Assembly: GCA_000320545.1 (NCBI GenBank)
Contig: ADNK01002660.1
Span: forward strand, 15,502 to 79,501
Direction: 5' to 3'
DNA: 64,000 nt
Source: Bigelowiella natans CCMP2755
Lineage: Eukaryota; Protista; Cercozoa
Shown here piece by piece: positions 38,291 through 53,830 of the stretch. The notes under the pieces were generated by a model. It was not told the origin of the DNA. It saw only the letters and a program-made list of their open reading frames with translations, and made no database searches. How positions within the stretch are numbered: position 1 is the first letter of the stretch; each line of letters starts with the position of its first letter. A program made the position numbers and the translations under genes.

Positions 38291-39836
38291 GCTATTGCCC
38301 TACTCCTCTACCAAAGCTGTTTTTTTCCACTGACTCGAGCCTAATCGCGATTACAAGATCATATGTATTATAACCTTTAACAAATGCATCTTTGATATCA
38401 GGGTTTGTTCTCAACATCCACATAAATTTAGACTGTGTAGAACACCGTCAAAATAACGAACTATTGTGCAAAAGGGATAGAAATACGTACGTTCACAAGC
38501 TTAGATAACACAAGTTTTATAGAAACGGAAATTGAAACGGTGTATCTACCTTATTGATAGGGCAAGGGCTGGAGGGGAAGAGATAATACGGGGGTGGGAA
38601 ATGGCAAGGTTATGGCTCGACCAAGCCAGGGATTGAACAGATTCAAGATCTAAACTCAGTGATGTCAGAGCTGAATTAAAATATCAGCTCATAAAACTAT
38701 TAAAATATTATTAAAAAATTATGTCTCTTTACTTAAATATAATGCTTTTGTTAAATCTCATCCATAATCTGTCGAACTTTAATTCTGAACGATTGAGATA
38801 TGTTTTCTGCGTAACGTTTGATATTACTAAAACGCGACAATACATATATTTCAGACAAATGAAAATACGTTTATAGGTGCGCATGTACTATATACTGTTC
38901 ATTATAGCTAAATTAATAATTTTGTGTCCTGTAAATATGTAATATATTACAATAATAAGTAAATCCAAGTCTATTTTCGAAGCGGAAAACTCTGAATATT
39001 TATTCACTAAATTCGTAATTTACGGGTTAACACGCCAGCTAGCAACATGTAGAAGCATAATAGGCCATTTATAAATCTTGGATGGCCTATATTTAAGATA
39101 TACTTATTGCTTATAATTATGTATAAAATTGCACAAAAATTAATTTTTACCTCATCATTGCCTTACAAATTAAAAATTGTACACGATTTACATCATTATA
39201 TCGGTGATGAAAAGATATAGATGTGCTACTTATTTCATCATTTTTCCCCCGAATTTAGATCGTATTTTCGATTTTTCCCTTTTTTTGCAGCTTTTGGCCA
39301 AAATCGACAGAATTTGGAGTAAGTATAAAAATGATTTTATAAGCTTGTCTTTAGAACACAAGTCCCATCCTTATTTACCATTGTACACATTAACCAATTG
39401 TAAAATCCAAAAAACGATGTATTTTTTTCCCACTAAAATCCTCGTTATGATCTATTTTTTCACGTCGCATGATGCAACCCTTAGAAATTTGTACCAACGC
39501 GAACATCACATAGAAAATGATTATGGTAATTTTACCAATTTGTATCCAACTTCACTAACTTCACAGAAGCACAAAAAAAAGTTTCGGGCATGATAAAAAC
39601 ATCCGTTAGTAACGGTTCAATTATCTTTATACATGTACATGTAAGGCGATATCTCAGAAACACATAGAGGAAATGTACAAAATAAGTGTTCGTGACAGAA
39701 AGATAGATAGATTCTCTTAGAATTATTATCGACAGTATGCGTTGCATTCGACTGTGTGTTTACTTTGTAGTTTGACTGGAATATTATCCTCACAATATAA
39801 TCTACAATTTGCTACCATCTCTTAACCTAAGAAATT

Positions 39837-40849
39837 AGTCCAAACTCGAATTTATCCTCGACTTCATTGGGAAAGGGGGATGATTTCAGGATTTCCAAAG
39901 CCAACGAACGACTCCAAAACCAATCTCCACTTTCCTCTTTGCATCGGATGTGTGAGTATCGGGAAGATTTCAGGCATATTAAGAAAAGAGACAACATTGA
40001 AAAACTTTGATCAACATAAAATGAAGGTCCGTTTCTACTTTAATCGAGTATACTATTCCTGAAAGATTGAAAAAGACGAGTGGCTTCCCCCGACGAGATT
40101 GCTAAAAGTAGGGCCCTGCTGCCCCCAGGCCGTGGTTGGGGACTAACGGTACGTCCATAGGCAGAATGAATTTGAAAGATTTTTGGAATTAAGTTCTAAA
40201 GTTTGGCGAGGGTGTGCAATCTTACTGGCGAGCGAGATCCACTTGCAAAACAACCTGCAGCGAGCAGAAAAGAAGTGGGGAAATTGTAGTCGTTAAATCT
40301 ATCAGAAAATACGCTGGAATTACACAGTAGCTCTGACGAATATTTTCCAATGAATTATGCATGGTTTTGCAGTTCTTACGTACCTGCCACCGTCAACAGT
40401 TTCAAAAAGATAAACCCGATACTCGTTTCCAATTCTAGAGGGAGGGAGAGATTCGTTCAATTTATAGAATGAAACTTGAGAACATCGAGGGAATTGAGGG
40501 CGGTTTACCCACGCTAATATCCTTTTGCCGTAAGGAATAGGCACGACAGGCCTGGGAAAGGGCGAGGATAGAAATATGCGAGAGAGAATGTCGGTGCGCT
40601 CCTCCAGGTCGTCTAGGTGTCTTGTTTCCTGTGGTAGCTTCATTGATAGAAGAATTTCTTCAATTTTTCGTTGCAAAATATTCTCATATATTCCAATTGT
40701 AGGTCAAATACACCGGTTAGGCTCCCCCCTGCCCCCCCACGCTCAAGCATTACAAAAAAGGGGGAGAGTGGGAAGCGGAAGGCGCCACCTCTTCCCAAAC
40801 GTCCAGGGGGTAACTATAAGAGCTGTGGATAGTGAAGAATACACACAAA

Positions 40850-40927
<78 letters not shown>

Positions 40928-41060
40928 GAGAGAGAACTGAGGTTGTCCTTTGACATTTAGATTCTTCCTCCACCTCCTTGAGCCCAAATCTGGAAATGAT
41001 TGCAAATTCAACAAACTCAAACCTGGAGAAACTTTTGGAGTATGTTTATGCACCAATCAA
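39837..41060 (-). CDS. Hypothetical multi-exon protein
   Basis: Protein-like open segment at 40385-40630 (ETRHLDDLEERTDIL...EYRVYLFETVDGGR) bounded by AG/GT, plus smaller candidate exons. No family recognised. Confidence 0.35.
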
Positions 41061-41600
41061 TAGATTTAGAATTCAAAGAAAAGAAATACAGGACATTGTT
41101 CATAAATTGTCATTAGGATTTATGGATATGTAGCGATCTATCATAATAGCAATTATAATTTTCTTTGAATAATAAGGCTTGCGAGCTTTGAGCTGCCTCC
41201 CCCACCTATACCGACCAAAGACATGGAAGTTAAAGCAGATGATGTCACCATGAATAGTGATCTTCAGGAAATGGTAAGCACAAAAGCAGCCTAAACATGT
41301 AGCAGAGTGTGTTGTCTCTCAAGAGAGGATTGGAGAAACCTAGATACGGTTGAAAGCTAGTGTAATATTCCCATTTTACATCGTGCTGTGTCGGCTATAT
41401 ATAGGGCGAGAAATATACAACAACAGGACATGGATCAGCTAGCTCTTCTTTCACATCGAAGCAGCAGCAGCAGCAGCAGCAGGTTCATCCTGAAACGCAG
41501 AGAGGCACGGGCAAAAATGAAGGTAGCGCCTCAAAAATTTCACATGCAAGTAGATAATCCTCTCCCGCGCATACGTATGCAGAGGGGGTGAGTGAGTGTA

Positions 41601-41644
<44 letters not shown>

Positions 41645-42227
41645 TGTGCGGTCGCGGCGGCGGAAATAACCTCTCTGGCATCCCCTCTCAATATCTCAAA
41701 AGAAAGAGTAGAGGAGTAGGAATGGGGGGTTGTGACGTTTTCTTTGTTTCTTTGTCTGTTTGTGTGCGTGTGTGTTCGGGGTGGGGGGGTTGGGTGATAA
41801 CCAGCTTCTGCTGCAGGAAACAGCCACAAGAAGAATGCTGCCCCTCTTAACTCAGAGCAGCAGCTTTCCGTCGACGACAAGGAGACAACAATACCTAAAA
41901 GCGGAACGCAAAGCACCGTACCTGACCTTGTAACCCCTCCCTCTAGTCGGCCAAGGAAGCGGAGAACATCTCCACGAAAGCCTTCATCTCCGTCTCCGGG
42001 TAGTGCAGTCGAAGAACCAGGAAAAACACAAGAGCGGCAGCAACAGCAGCAAGGTGAGCACAGATCGGAGGGCAGCCCTCACAATCAACCGAGAAGGACG
42101 TTGAGGCCGCGGCAACGGCGAAAGTCAAACCTTCGCGAGGATCCAGAGGAAGGGGGGAAAGGGAAGAAGGACATACAGTCAGCCAGCTCCGAAGGTGTGT
42201 ATGATTTACATGAAAGAAGGCACAAAC

Positions 42228-42293
<66 letters not shown>

Positions 42294-43208
42294 TTTCATA
42301 GACCATATCCTGCATGGTGGAAAATCACGTTTTTAAAATGGAAATGTTAATCTTTCAACTGCAGGCATCCCGCAACTGAGAAATTGCGGGCTAATGTGTA
42401 GCTTACTTTGATTTTTGTAAAATTGTAATTGTTAAAAGCAGCCGGAGGAGACGGAAAAGGAGAGGAGGGGGGGACTCACGACGACAATGAACAAAACGTC
42501 AACAACAGTTCCCCTCCGCCTATGACAAGGACTACTAGTGAAGGCGAAGGGAAAAGCGAGGCCGAACCGAGGAATGCACACCTTTATCACCCTGCGATAC
42601 AGGAGACTCCCCCCCCGATGAAAAAGTCATTTAGCGAAGGCGATGGCCACCTCAGGGGCGGAGAGAATAACGTCAGCTGTTCAATAGAGAAAAGCGCCAA
42701 CACTGGAGCAGCTGCTACCACCCCTGGAGATAATCAAAAGGCAGACACTTCAAAGGTATCACTCATCATTATCATCACTGCCATCCCAAGAATCGTTCTA
42801 AAGGGTGCCAGTAACACACACTCACTCACCTGTTAGTGGGCGTTGTGTACTCACCTCACCCCATCCCTTTTGGCCTTTCACTCACTCGATCGGGGCTGTT
42901 GTAGAAATCAAATAAATAGCAATATAGATTTTCCTCTCCAATCTCTTCCCCCCCCTTCTTTGATCCAGGCGCCTTTGAATGAAACCGAGGACGCATCGGT
43001 AGTAGAAGCACCCGGAGAACGCCGAAGGAAAAGGAGGTTTGAGCACATTCCATCAATAAACATAAATATTTCAGCATATTCGCATCATCTTACCAATGCA
43101 CTTCTTTTTCGGATAGAGGTTGGTAGTTGGCGATCGCATTACCATTCATTTTTCCAAAACCATGGATCAATGGCTTTCATATGCTATGTGTTTCGCTGAC
43201 GCTCTCTC

Positions 43209-43262
<54 letters not shown>

Positions 43263-45429
43263 TACGTAAAGATCTAACTACATGTCATTTCTCTATCATC
43301 GTTCCCCACCTCCCCCTCCAGCGTAAGCGGTGAGTCAACATCCAGCGATTCTTCGCATACCATAGCAAACGACGAGAAAGAGACCGAGGATAATGATGGA
43401 ACTAAAGTTGAGGTTGTGTGAGTATTCTTTATTTGATACGACATCGCAAACAACTTAGTTTTGCTGCATCTTGGCCTCGTTCCCCCCAGTTATCTTTCGA
43501 GCTTACTTTTTTTCCCTTACATTTCTGCGTGATGGTGCGAATTATGGTGATGTTCCTTCATCTTTAAGGTGAGTGCAAAGAAGCGGGAAGTGACGACACC
43601 TCCTCGGCAGAAGACTAAGAAGAAGAAGAAAAACAAAAAAAAAAAAAAGGAGGAGGAGAGTGAAAACAAGCCAAAAGTCACGAAAGCGCGGCTTATTGCT
43701 GCCCTGGTTAGTTGTTACCGTGCACACACACGCACACGCACAGTAAGAATTTGTATTAATGTGTGTGCAAGAGTGTGATGAGAGCGGAAGGATACTCCAA
43801 GGGAAAAAAATCATTAGTGACCTGCGAATTTTTACATGTACTTTCTGATATAAAAGCTCCGACTGATATAACAGCTCCAACTGTTATTCTATCATTACAC
43901 TACATTTTTCACGAAGCAATTATGAGGGGAATAATACTGAATATGATAAAACCCCCGCAAATACCATTGGATACGCTCATGAAAGGTCCGGCGCGACGAT
44001 GCTGCGAAGCTGATATCCTTTCAGGCCAAGTTTCGCTTTAAGATTAACTCCTTGTATGCCTCCACTGATTATGATTATGATTATAATGATGATGATGATG
44101 ATAATGATGATGATGATGGCGATGGTACTGGACAGGTGGGAAATAAAAAACGAGCGGTTGCGAAAAATATCATAATATCAGTGTCATCTCGAACGAATGC
44201 ACGATCAAAGGCAGAACCCTCTGATTTCCTTGATGTAAAATGCATGCTCAAGAGAAGGAAAAGAAGTAACCGGCCGATGGAAATTATTGTGATATGGTTC
44301 TCCTCTTTTTCCTGGCGATTTGTTCTTAATATTCCTCAGACAAGATGAATGCGGTCGCACCGTTATGCACTGGGCAGGGGCAAACAACTGTCCAAACGTG
44401 CTGCTAGCCGCCATCAAACGGTGAGTAGTACTACACCACGCCAAGAAGATTAGCAGCGAGCGAGCGCAGAGTAATGATGACATCGGCTTCTTCCCATTCT
44501 TGGTTTCCTTTGCTTTTGTGCTTGTGGCGAAGATGTGTGGTTAATTAACGTATGGTCGATCTCCTCCATGTTTGTTGTTGTTGTTGTTGCAAACGGTGAC
44601 GATGGCGGTGTCAGCTTCGGTGGGGATGTGAATTGCGTTGATAGCAACGTTGGGTCTGGGTAAGTATTTATTACTGGTCATATGTTGATGTGTGCATTGA
44701 GTCATATTCCATGTGTATTTCTCTCGAGCTTGGTACTATTGGTATTTCCTAAGAGACTATGCGATGTTGCTCTGCTTTCAATGGCCCCGCTCGATTGCCC
44801 TGGAAGCTCACACACACACACACACACACACACACAACTCGTCATATTAGAGCTAAATTTATAATGCAAAATAAAAAGAATCGTTAGTTACGTTTGTGTG
44901 CGCTTGCATATTCCTCACTCTCCTGCTTGTGCCATGCTGATTGGTATCTCTTCAAACTTTATTTTACAACGCGAATTATGTATAGGCATGCATGCACACC
45001 TCTCCATTATGCAACGGCGGGGGGCTACCTAAAGTGTATTCAGGTAGTACCCGGCAGAAATCATTACCAACTTCTACGATTTAGAGGGGGGGGGGAGGGG
45101 GGGGAGCAATACGCTCTGCAAACGGAAGAGAAGGATCTTCCATCCAGTGCATCATCGTTCTAATTGTGCAGATTCTATGCGGTGATGATGGCGCTGTGTT
45201 GTGTCTTTGCATCCTCCTTCCATTTCATTTCACGTACAATTAGAGAGAAAGATGAGGAGTTGCAGAATCGCCAGTTGTGATAGTAAATATTGTGTGTCTC
45301 GTTCCCCAGATACTAACGACTTTTAAAGCTGATATCAACGTCCGCGACACTAACGGAGCAACACCCCTCCACTGGGCCTGTCAACGAGGCCGACTCCACA
45401 TAGTGAGAACAACTCTATATATATTAATA

Positions 45430-45468
<39 letters not shown>

Positions 45469-45666
45469 TTTCATAGGTGTTCAATGAATGATGTGTTTTG
45501 GCCTCCTCGTGTATTGGTATGATGCTAGGTGAAGTTTCTTCTAGACAAGGATGCGCAAGGCGACATCGTGGACAATTTCGGTCATTACGTTGTATGCATT
45601 ATTCCAGTAGAAAAGACGACTCGTAACGACAAATAGTATGACGATGATATTTCTCATATTTTGTCC

Positions 45667-45707
<41 letters not shown>

Positions 45708-48533
45708 GCGGGTATTAAACAAGCAGCAGGTAGCTATCACAATTGGAATGATTGGAACAGTTGTCGATCGATCGATGCTGATAGTGTTGGTTTGTGAATC
45801 CAATAACTGCTCAAATCAGGTGCTACGCCGTTACTCTGCAGCTTTGCAAAAGGCCATATTGAAGTCCTGAACCATCTGATTGCGTCGTGCTTCGATGGAG
45901 GTGTAGTAGTATATCTCTACTTGCCACGCGTATTTGGAAAGTGATTCTCATTAGCACGTCTTTTGAACGAGTGCCTCCCCGTCCTCCCCCTCCTCTTCCT
46001 CCTCTTCCTCTCTTCCCCCTCTTCCTCCCCCTCCTTTATCTCATACATCTGATTTCTGATGTTAGGATATAAGCGATACCGTGTCGTTCGGCTGGTGAAG
46101 GAGGTGCGCGCTTTCCTCGTTACCAATCTGAAATCACCACAACAGCAGCAAGAAGAAGAAAATAGATCTCAGCGCCACACCTTCGCAACGATGTTTACCG
46201 CACTCCTCCACCTGCACGCATTGTTGTCGTTACTTGCATCGACTCCGTATGTGTGTGTGTGTGTGGGTGTGTGTGTGTGTGTTTCTCACTACTACTACAA
46301 CCAACCACTACCATTAGTTAAATCCCCAGCGTGAAGGCACTAATAGCAGCACCAAGTCTCCGAGGATGCTGCTATCGAAATCGCCGAGAAAGACACATAA
46401 ATCATCGGCCAAGGCGACTCAGAGGCAGGCCAACAGAATAGGGAGGTAGGAAGCACAGCCTGACGAAGAGTTCGTTAAGCTTTTATCACGATTACTTCAT
46501 GCCGGCCATTCTCCCTTGCTAGTCTGCACGTACGTTCCTGCGCGTGTGATTGATTGATATGCTCGTTGTATGCGTCGTGGTGTTTGCGTTGAATATTCTA
46601 GCAAAATATACGATTGGAACTCGTCATCATCGGGAAAACATCGGGCCTCACGGACTCCTCCGGCGTTTCATCTCCGGAAGATCCAAGGAGGTTGCAGCAC
46701 TAAGTGATTATTTTATATTGTCTTGGGGGGGGGGTAGGTAGAACTACGATGCCGGGATAATAATCCTATCGTGTGCATGTAGCTGATTGTTTTCTAACAC
46801 ATTTCAAATGCAGTAGCACTTAGAATATTCCTTGCAATCTTCATCAATCCCTCCCCCCCCCTTTTTCATCATTCGTGGCCTCGTTCGTTACATTTCGTTT
46901 GGTTGTTGTGCTGTAGATCTAATCGTATCGAGCAGCTACCTCATCTTCAAAGAGGAAGGTTGACTGCGCCTTGTTGATGATGATGATGACGACGATGATT
47001 ATTCAAACGATTTTCCGATGTGCTCAACCGTTCTTCGGAGCTTACTTGCTCATTCCTGGTGTCATTCTGGCTAAAATTGTAGCGGACAATGTTGGATACT
47101 CCTGTGCTGTGCTCCTTCAAGACGTCGTGGGTACGGTTATTTGATATAATATATCATCTTGGGGCGCATGTGCATCGTCGTGTAGAGACCGGCATTTTTA
47201 CGAATAAGATACATCTTGGTATTGCTATGATTGTTTCTTGTGGTGTAGTAGTAGTGGTAGTAGCAGTAGTCAAAAGAAGCATTCCTTCAATGAAGCGCAT
47301 ACAAGATATAAGTGGATGTTATCTGAAATACAAATAATAATAATAATATTATTACTATTATTAATAATAATAATAATAATAGGCATTCACTTCGATGAGA
47401 TGTCTGGTCTCTTATGCCGTATCATCTGCCAGAAGGTACTAGGCTATTAGAGCTTAGGCTGGGATCCTGGTGATCTTATCGTTGTGCACGTTGTCGTCGT
47501 CATCGTTCCGTTCTTACTCCCCATTTGCCGATGTGTGATCGCCACACAACAGGGCAATACGTTTATCTTTGGGGCTAACGACGTCAAAGCTATCGCCTCA
47601 TCGATATTCCTCGGCACGGGGGCATACCAAAGCTATTGGAAAACGCATGAGGAGGAGATGCAGAGGCGTCACGAGGAGGTGGAGGTAGAAGCGAAGAAGA
47701 AGAAGCAGCAACAAGGTCGTCAGCCAATCAGCTCTCGGAGTCACCACCGAACTTCTGTTTTTCATTTTTATGGAGATCTATTAGTTTCGTTGGCATGGTT
47801 AATGCGTGCCTGTTGTTGGTTTTGCTGTTGTTTTTGCTGCTGCTCCTGCTGCTACTTTGCGCAGGGAAAGGGGCTGCAAAGAGTGATGATGACGATGGTA
47901 ATGGTGGTCATGTGAGTTTCCGCTCTATTAAAGCAATCGACATGGCATGGTTGTTGGTTGTTTTCCGTCTGAAGCGATACGCTCAACCACCTTTCTTGAT
48001 TAGAGATGTGATATTTTTTGCGCGTTTTTGTTTTTGTTTTTTTTTTTTATTGCGTATATTTGGTGCACTATCGATGAGAGTTTGGGTCTGATTGATGTTG
48101 CTGTGCATTAATGTTCCTTTGCTTGCCGTCTACCTAGATGCCACGGAAGCTCGTTCTTTCTCAAGGCAAGCGATATAGATATAAATATATGTTATGAAGG
48201 CTTCTTCGTAATATTTCCAATTATAGATAATGCGGCCTACACAGCAGCTATTGAAAATCGCCCAGTTCCCTCAATCTCTTGTGTTATTGCAGTGAAGGAG
48301 GCGTTGGCGAGGAGAGTGCGAGGCAGAACAGTGCCATGAGCGTCAGCGTGCACGATCAGCTCTCCTACCTGCTCGGGGAGAGTGGTGAGGATAAGGACGG
48401 CATCGTCGGTGATGACCTCGATGATGATGGGTAGTACTAGTAGGAGCAGTAGTAATAGTAGTAGTGGCAATAAGACCGGTAGGAGAGGGAGATTAATCAC
48501 ATCTCAGGACTGATGGAGTTCATCGATTTCGTA

Positions 48534-48578
<45 letters not shown>

Positions 48579-48732
48579 CGCTCCTCTCTCTTTCTCTCTC
48601 TCTTTATCTCTTTCTCTTTCTCTTTCGCTTTCTCTCCGTGTGTGTTTGTGCGTGAATGCCCATCGAGCGCACTGATGGGCGAGAACTATCTGATTCGAGA
48701 ATTTAATGTATAAGACACACACAAGCACACAA

Positions 48733-48792
<60 letters not shown>

Positions 48793-49118
48793 CTGTATAA
48801 AATACTACACAGGATTTTGAAGGAGGATATCCTTAACGATGAATCAGCCGAAATCGATGATGGTGCTCTAGATGATAATAATACTTTTTGATTGATTTAT
48901 TCTGTGGATACAGCGCCCCCCTCCTTCAATCCTCCCCCCCCCCTCCCCCCCCATCTCCTCCCCCAAGCACGAACAAATAGACGCAACCATACAGAATATG
49001 CGTATTCCAAATCATTGATTGATTTCCTTCTCTCACAGATTTGGAAAACGTCGATGAAGATGATTTCGGTAGGCGCACCCACTCACAGGCTCTGATCCCG
49101 CTTACACGCTTTGCTAGC

Positions 49119-49162
<44 letters not shown>

Positions 49163-49287
49163 GCTTGCCAGGTCTATCACTTGAGGACATGAGTCTTCTC
49201 CGCAGCTTGGACAACATCCAGCAAGAAAGTGGGGAGGGGGGCGCTCAGGTTGGGCCATGTCATTCGACACCGTCTTGCACTATTATC

Positions 49288-49326
<39 letters not shown>

Positions 49327-49330
49327 CATG

Positions 49331-49366
<36 letters not shown>

Positions 49367-49648
49367 ATAAAAGAACGACGGGGATTCTGGAGAAGGGAGT
49401 TCAAAGCCAATTGGCAGCGGCAAAGAGGGTATTATCATGTGTCGGTGATGATGATGATGATGGTGATGGTGGTGGGGGGTGGTGGGGGTGGTGATGATGA
49501 TTAATGATTTCGTAACAACGGATAAGCGGTTAAGATGTTCTTTATTACCTTGTATGAAGATGCGAAAGAGGCGAAAGCCAAGAAGGAAAATGAAGAGGGC
49601 AAAGACAAACAAGGTTGCCGCCACCGTGCTTTTGTATTAGATACATAA

Positions 49649-49727
<79 letters not shown>

Positions 49728-49852
49728 TTGATGTGTATGTCTGTGTGTGTGTGTGTGTGTGTGTGCGTGCGTGCGTTGTGTTTTGAACAACCAATGATTG
49801 GTACAAAATGTGCTCGGTGGTACAACTGCACAGATAATGACGCAGGTAGTGC

Positions 49853-49887
<35 letters not shown>

Positions 49888-50902
49888 ATACTAGTAGTAG
49901 TTGTGACGGCACTGCCATCATCTAGAAAAGAATCATTCGAAATAAAGAAAAAGAGAAGAGAGCGACAGGGGGGCATGATGGATAAGATTAGGCCCATGTT
50001 GAAAATAAAAACGTCCGTATGTCGTCAATTCGAGCCCAAACAACCGATTTGAATGAAGACGCACCTGCAAAATCCACCGCCACCAATCAAATATTCATAT
50101 ACCACCTCGCCAACCAAACGGCTACTGCTGCTGCTGCTGTTCTGCAATGCAAACACACCGTCTGTAACGCCTTTCAACCTGCCTGTGACATAATGGGTCT
50201 TCTTCTACCCATTCGTGGTGTGTGGTAGAGCAAACCAAGAGCCATTGATAATTTTCTCCTGCTGCTGCTTGCTGCTACTAATACTACTACCACCATTTAA
50301 ATTGCTTTATTTCTTTTCTTTCTTTCACCACAGTCTCCAACGTCGGTCCCTTGCAACCGCGTGATTTTGCCTTGATATAACTTACCCATAAATCAGATTC
50401 AGTAACGTCCTTTGAGCTCGACCTAGACCCCCTCGGCGATGGCAGCGGCGACGCCGGCGAAGATCCCTCGGGGGGGGGGAGAAAGGCTGGTGAAAATGAG
50501 TCCTTGGCCTTGGCTGGGAATCGGAACGAGATCAGAGATGAGAAGGAAGGAAGCGCTGATGCTGCCGGAGTTGGCAAAAGTGATAGTAGTAGTGGTAGTG
50601 GTAGTAGTAGTAGACGTCCTGGGTCGGAATTATCTTCCCCAGTCAGCTCAAAGCGAAGCAATTCGGAGTCCTCGCCCAATGAGGAGGAGGAGGAAGAGGA
50701 GGAGGAGGGGAAGAAACGATCAATGAGATTCAAGGCAAGGCCGCTGTCAAAGGTCATTGCAGCCATCGCTTTCTTAGATTAGTGAATTTAATGTATTGAG
50801 ATGATTTTATTTTTTTATTTTATTTTTGTTACTGCTGGGTGCGTGTATTCTCACGACGGTTACGCACACGGCAAGATGCAAATTCGTTGTTGTTGATGAT
50901 GA

Positions 50903-50934
<32 letters not shown>

Positions 50935-51273
50935 TTTTATACTGTTCCCCAAAATTCCTATCATATCACAGAGCACTTCGCATGCCAGCATATTGGACGA
51001 CACGAAGAAGGTTTGCTTGTGTGGTGCGTGTGTATGTGTGTGTGTGTGGTATGATCCACAGAGGACCATAGCAGTAGTAGTAGTAGTAGTAGTAGTAGTG
51101 GCTGGAATACCTCTTCCCCCATCTACTTTGTCGCTCTATAAATTATACAGAAAACGTATGTTATTTTCTTTATTTCAATTGTCGCCACTGTCAGCCATGC
51201 TTGATAAGTCAACTGACCATCACCATCATCACCATCATCACCATCATCACCATCATCATCATCATAATACGTA

Positions 51274-51326
<53 letters not shown>

Positions 51327-53233
51327 TTATGCAGCACATCATGTATCTACCCTTGGTCTCTTCTAAGAAAGCGTGTTCTCCTTCGTTTGCTTTGCATTTG
51401 TTAGGATGCGAAGTTGCAGAAGAAGGGAAAGAAGAAATCGATGTCCATGACTGGTGATATGACGAATAATAGGCATCACTATACTGCATGCGTGTGGCAA
51501 GGGGGTGGGAGAGAGGAGCTGGCAATTGCGCCGATTATTGTTAAATGAAGGCTCTCAGATCATCGTTCAACGGCATTCTCTCTCTTTCTCTCTCTCTATC
51601 TCTCTCTCTCACTCTTAATCTTCTCCCTCTCCTCTCCCCCCCCCCGATCTTCATCAGATGTTTCAGTGTTACTGAGCTCAGATTCATCAATCGGGTACGA
51701 CGCCAGCCCATGCTACAGAAGACAATGAAAAGAGCGATGATAATGATGATGATGATGATGATGATAATATAAGGAGCTCTACATTGTGGATGGATGTTTT
51801 CACACAAAATATGCATTTCGCGTACCACGGAACTTTACGAAAAACTGTTTTCTATGAAGCAACGATCGAAGTGTTATATACAAATATGTGTACTCGCACG
51901 TGCGCTCACGCACACGCAATACGTAAACATAGAAGCTGCGATTCCTTCCATCCCAACAGGTTTTTACCTCCAATCCCGGAAAAAACGACCCTTAATGTGA
52001 GTTAATTGAAACACTATTAAACAACAATTTCACGTGTGACAGAGCATCGATTATGGCTGCTATACAGCTAACATGTGCGTATAACTCATACTACGAGCAA
52101 TACACGAAGGAACCGTCTTCTCGACTACATCTCGATACAATATCGATGTGTGCATGTATCTATCCTAGATGTGTACAGTGATAAGGAAATCAACACGAAT
52201 TGTGCCTTTCTTCACCGCATAAATCTTTCCGTAGATGTGCGTACAAATATGCTGCACTGCTGACACGAGTATGCAATCTAAATATAGAACATCGACAAGG
52301 AGAAGAATCAAGGAGACGCTAAAAAATTCGCGAAATACCTGAAGAAACACGACCAAAATAGTGGTCTCTCAGAGAAAGAGTGGGTTGCCCTGATATCATC
52401 GCCTCTAGAAAAATGAAAGCGGCACTTCGTTTCTTACTAGGGCGACATTGTTGTATGATCACGCCGATTGTTATTCTTGCTTCTCCCAATACGATGAAGG
52501 GAGGTCTTTTCAGTTTTTCCCCAGCGCACACAGCATGCGCACAGTCGTGATGAGGAGCAAGCCTGATGATACTCTATAAATTATTGTTATGAAATACGAT
52601 GCTAATATTGCATTGCCATCGCACTAATAACAGGGCCAATGAAGATTCCAAAGGCAAAGCAGCCGACGACAAAAAGGACGCCACGCGTGACGACAGAAGT
52701 GAGGTGGGGTATTTCTATGTAATCGCTACAGTAGTAGTATCACTCGGAGAGCTGCTGCAAATACAGCAGCAATAGTCGAAGTATGATTGGCTGAGAAAGG
52801 GGCGCACACAGCCTCTTTCAGCGGGGAATTGATGCCAAATGAAATGCGTATTGAAATACGGACAGATTCGCTACTGCTACTACTACTGCTACTATTCAGT
52901 TTCGTGTTTCTTCTTCTTCTTCTTCTTCTTCTTCTTCTTCTTCTTCTTTTTCTTGTTTGTTTTTTTTTTCCGTTTTGGATGTGTTGGTTTTGGTTGTTAC
53001 TGCCCGCAACTTCATTGTTGCTAGGCGCACGATGGTGATATAATGATAGTAATGATAACGGTGATAACACATCAAAACAGTCGATCAAGAAGCTTGCGCA
53101 GATGTTTAATGAAAACTCTGACGGCTCGGAGATTAAGGTGAATGGGGGTTATAACTTACACCACCTATGTTGCTTATCTTGTGCGTTGTTCTGGAACATC
53201 TACAACAACGTGATAAATTGGGTCAATGTCTAT

Positions 53234-53274
<41 letters not shown>

Positions 53275-53830
53275 TTATTATGTATGATATTTTTGCATAC
53301 AGTTGGAAGAAGACTGGCAAGTAGGCGTCATGATGAAGCAGGTGGTATATTTAACGGCCATCGATAGCCATCCGTGAAAGCAAATACAGTACATTGTTTT
53401 GTCCGGCGAAACGGAATATAGTCATCTCGCACGGCGGGGCGAGAATCATCGGCGTCTACTGCATCATGCATTGTTCGCAGATGTTGCTAGATAAATGTGT
53501 GTCTGGTGTGTGTACATCACCGTCAAGAAACTGCAATTTTTTTACTCGATGTATAAGCGCAACCTATTTCCCCTCCTACAGACAAGGAGCTCGTTCGTCA
53601 GCCGATGGCAGCCTCGCGACTTTTGGGTGAATCGCGCCGGTAATCATCACCACTACGACTCACATGCTGCATGGCGTGCGCGCGAATTTGCCACAACTCT
53701 GAAGGGACAATTTGCTATCTCGTAAGGTGTGCTCCGATGGGGAAAAGAGTCGGATAAGCATACAAAATGGCGCCAGGTTCATTATTATATATATATATAT
53801 ATCGCTTTAAGCATGTGATATGAATTGTAT
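40850..53830. repeat. Region of dense intronic microsatellites: (AT)n, (GT)n, (GA)n, (GAT)n, (TAG)n, poly-G/C
   Basis: Directly visible, often compound (e.g. 48735-48787, 49290-49365, 49650-49770). Similar density at 4.8-7 kb, 10.6-16.6 kb and 60.7-64 kb. Confidence 0.95.
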
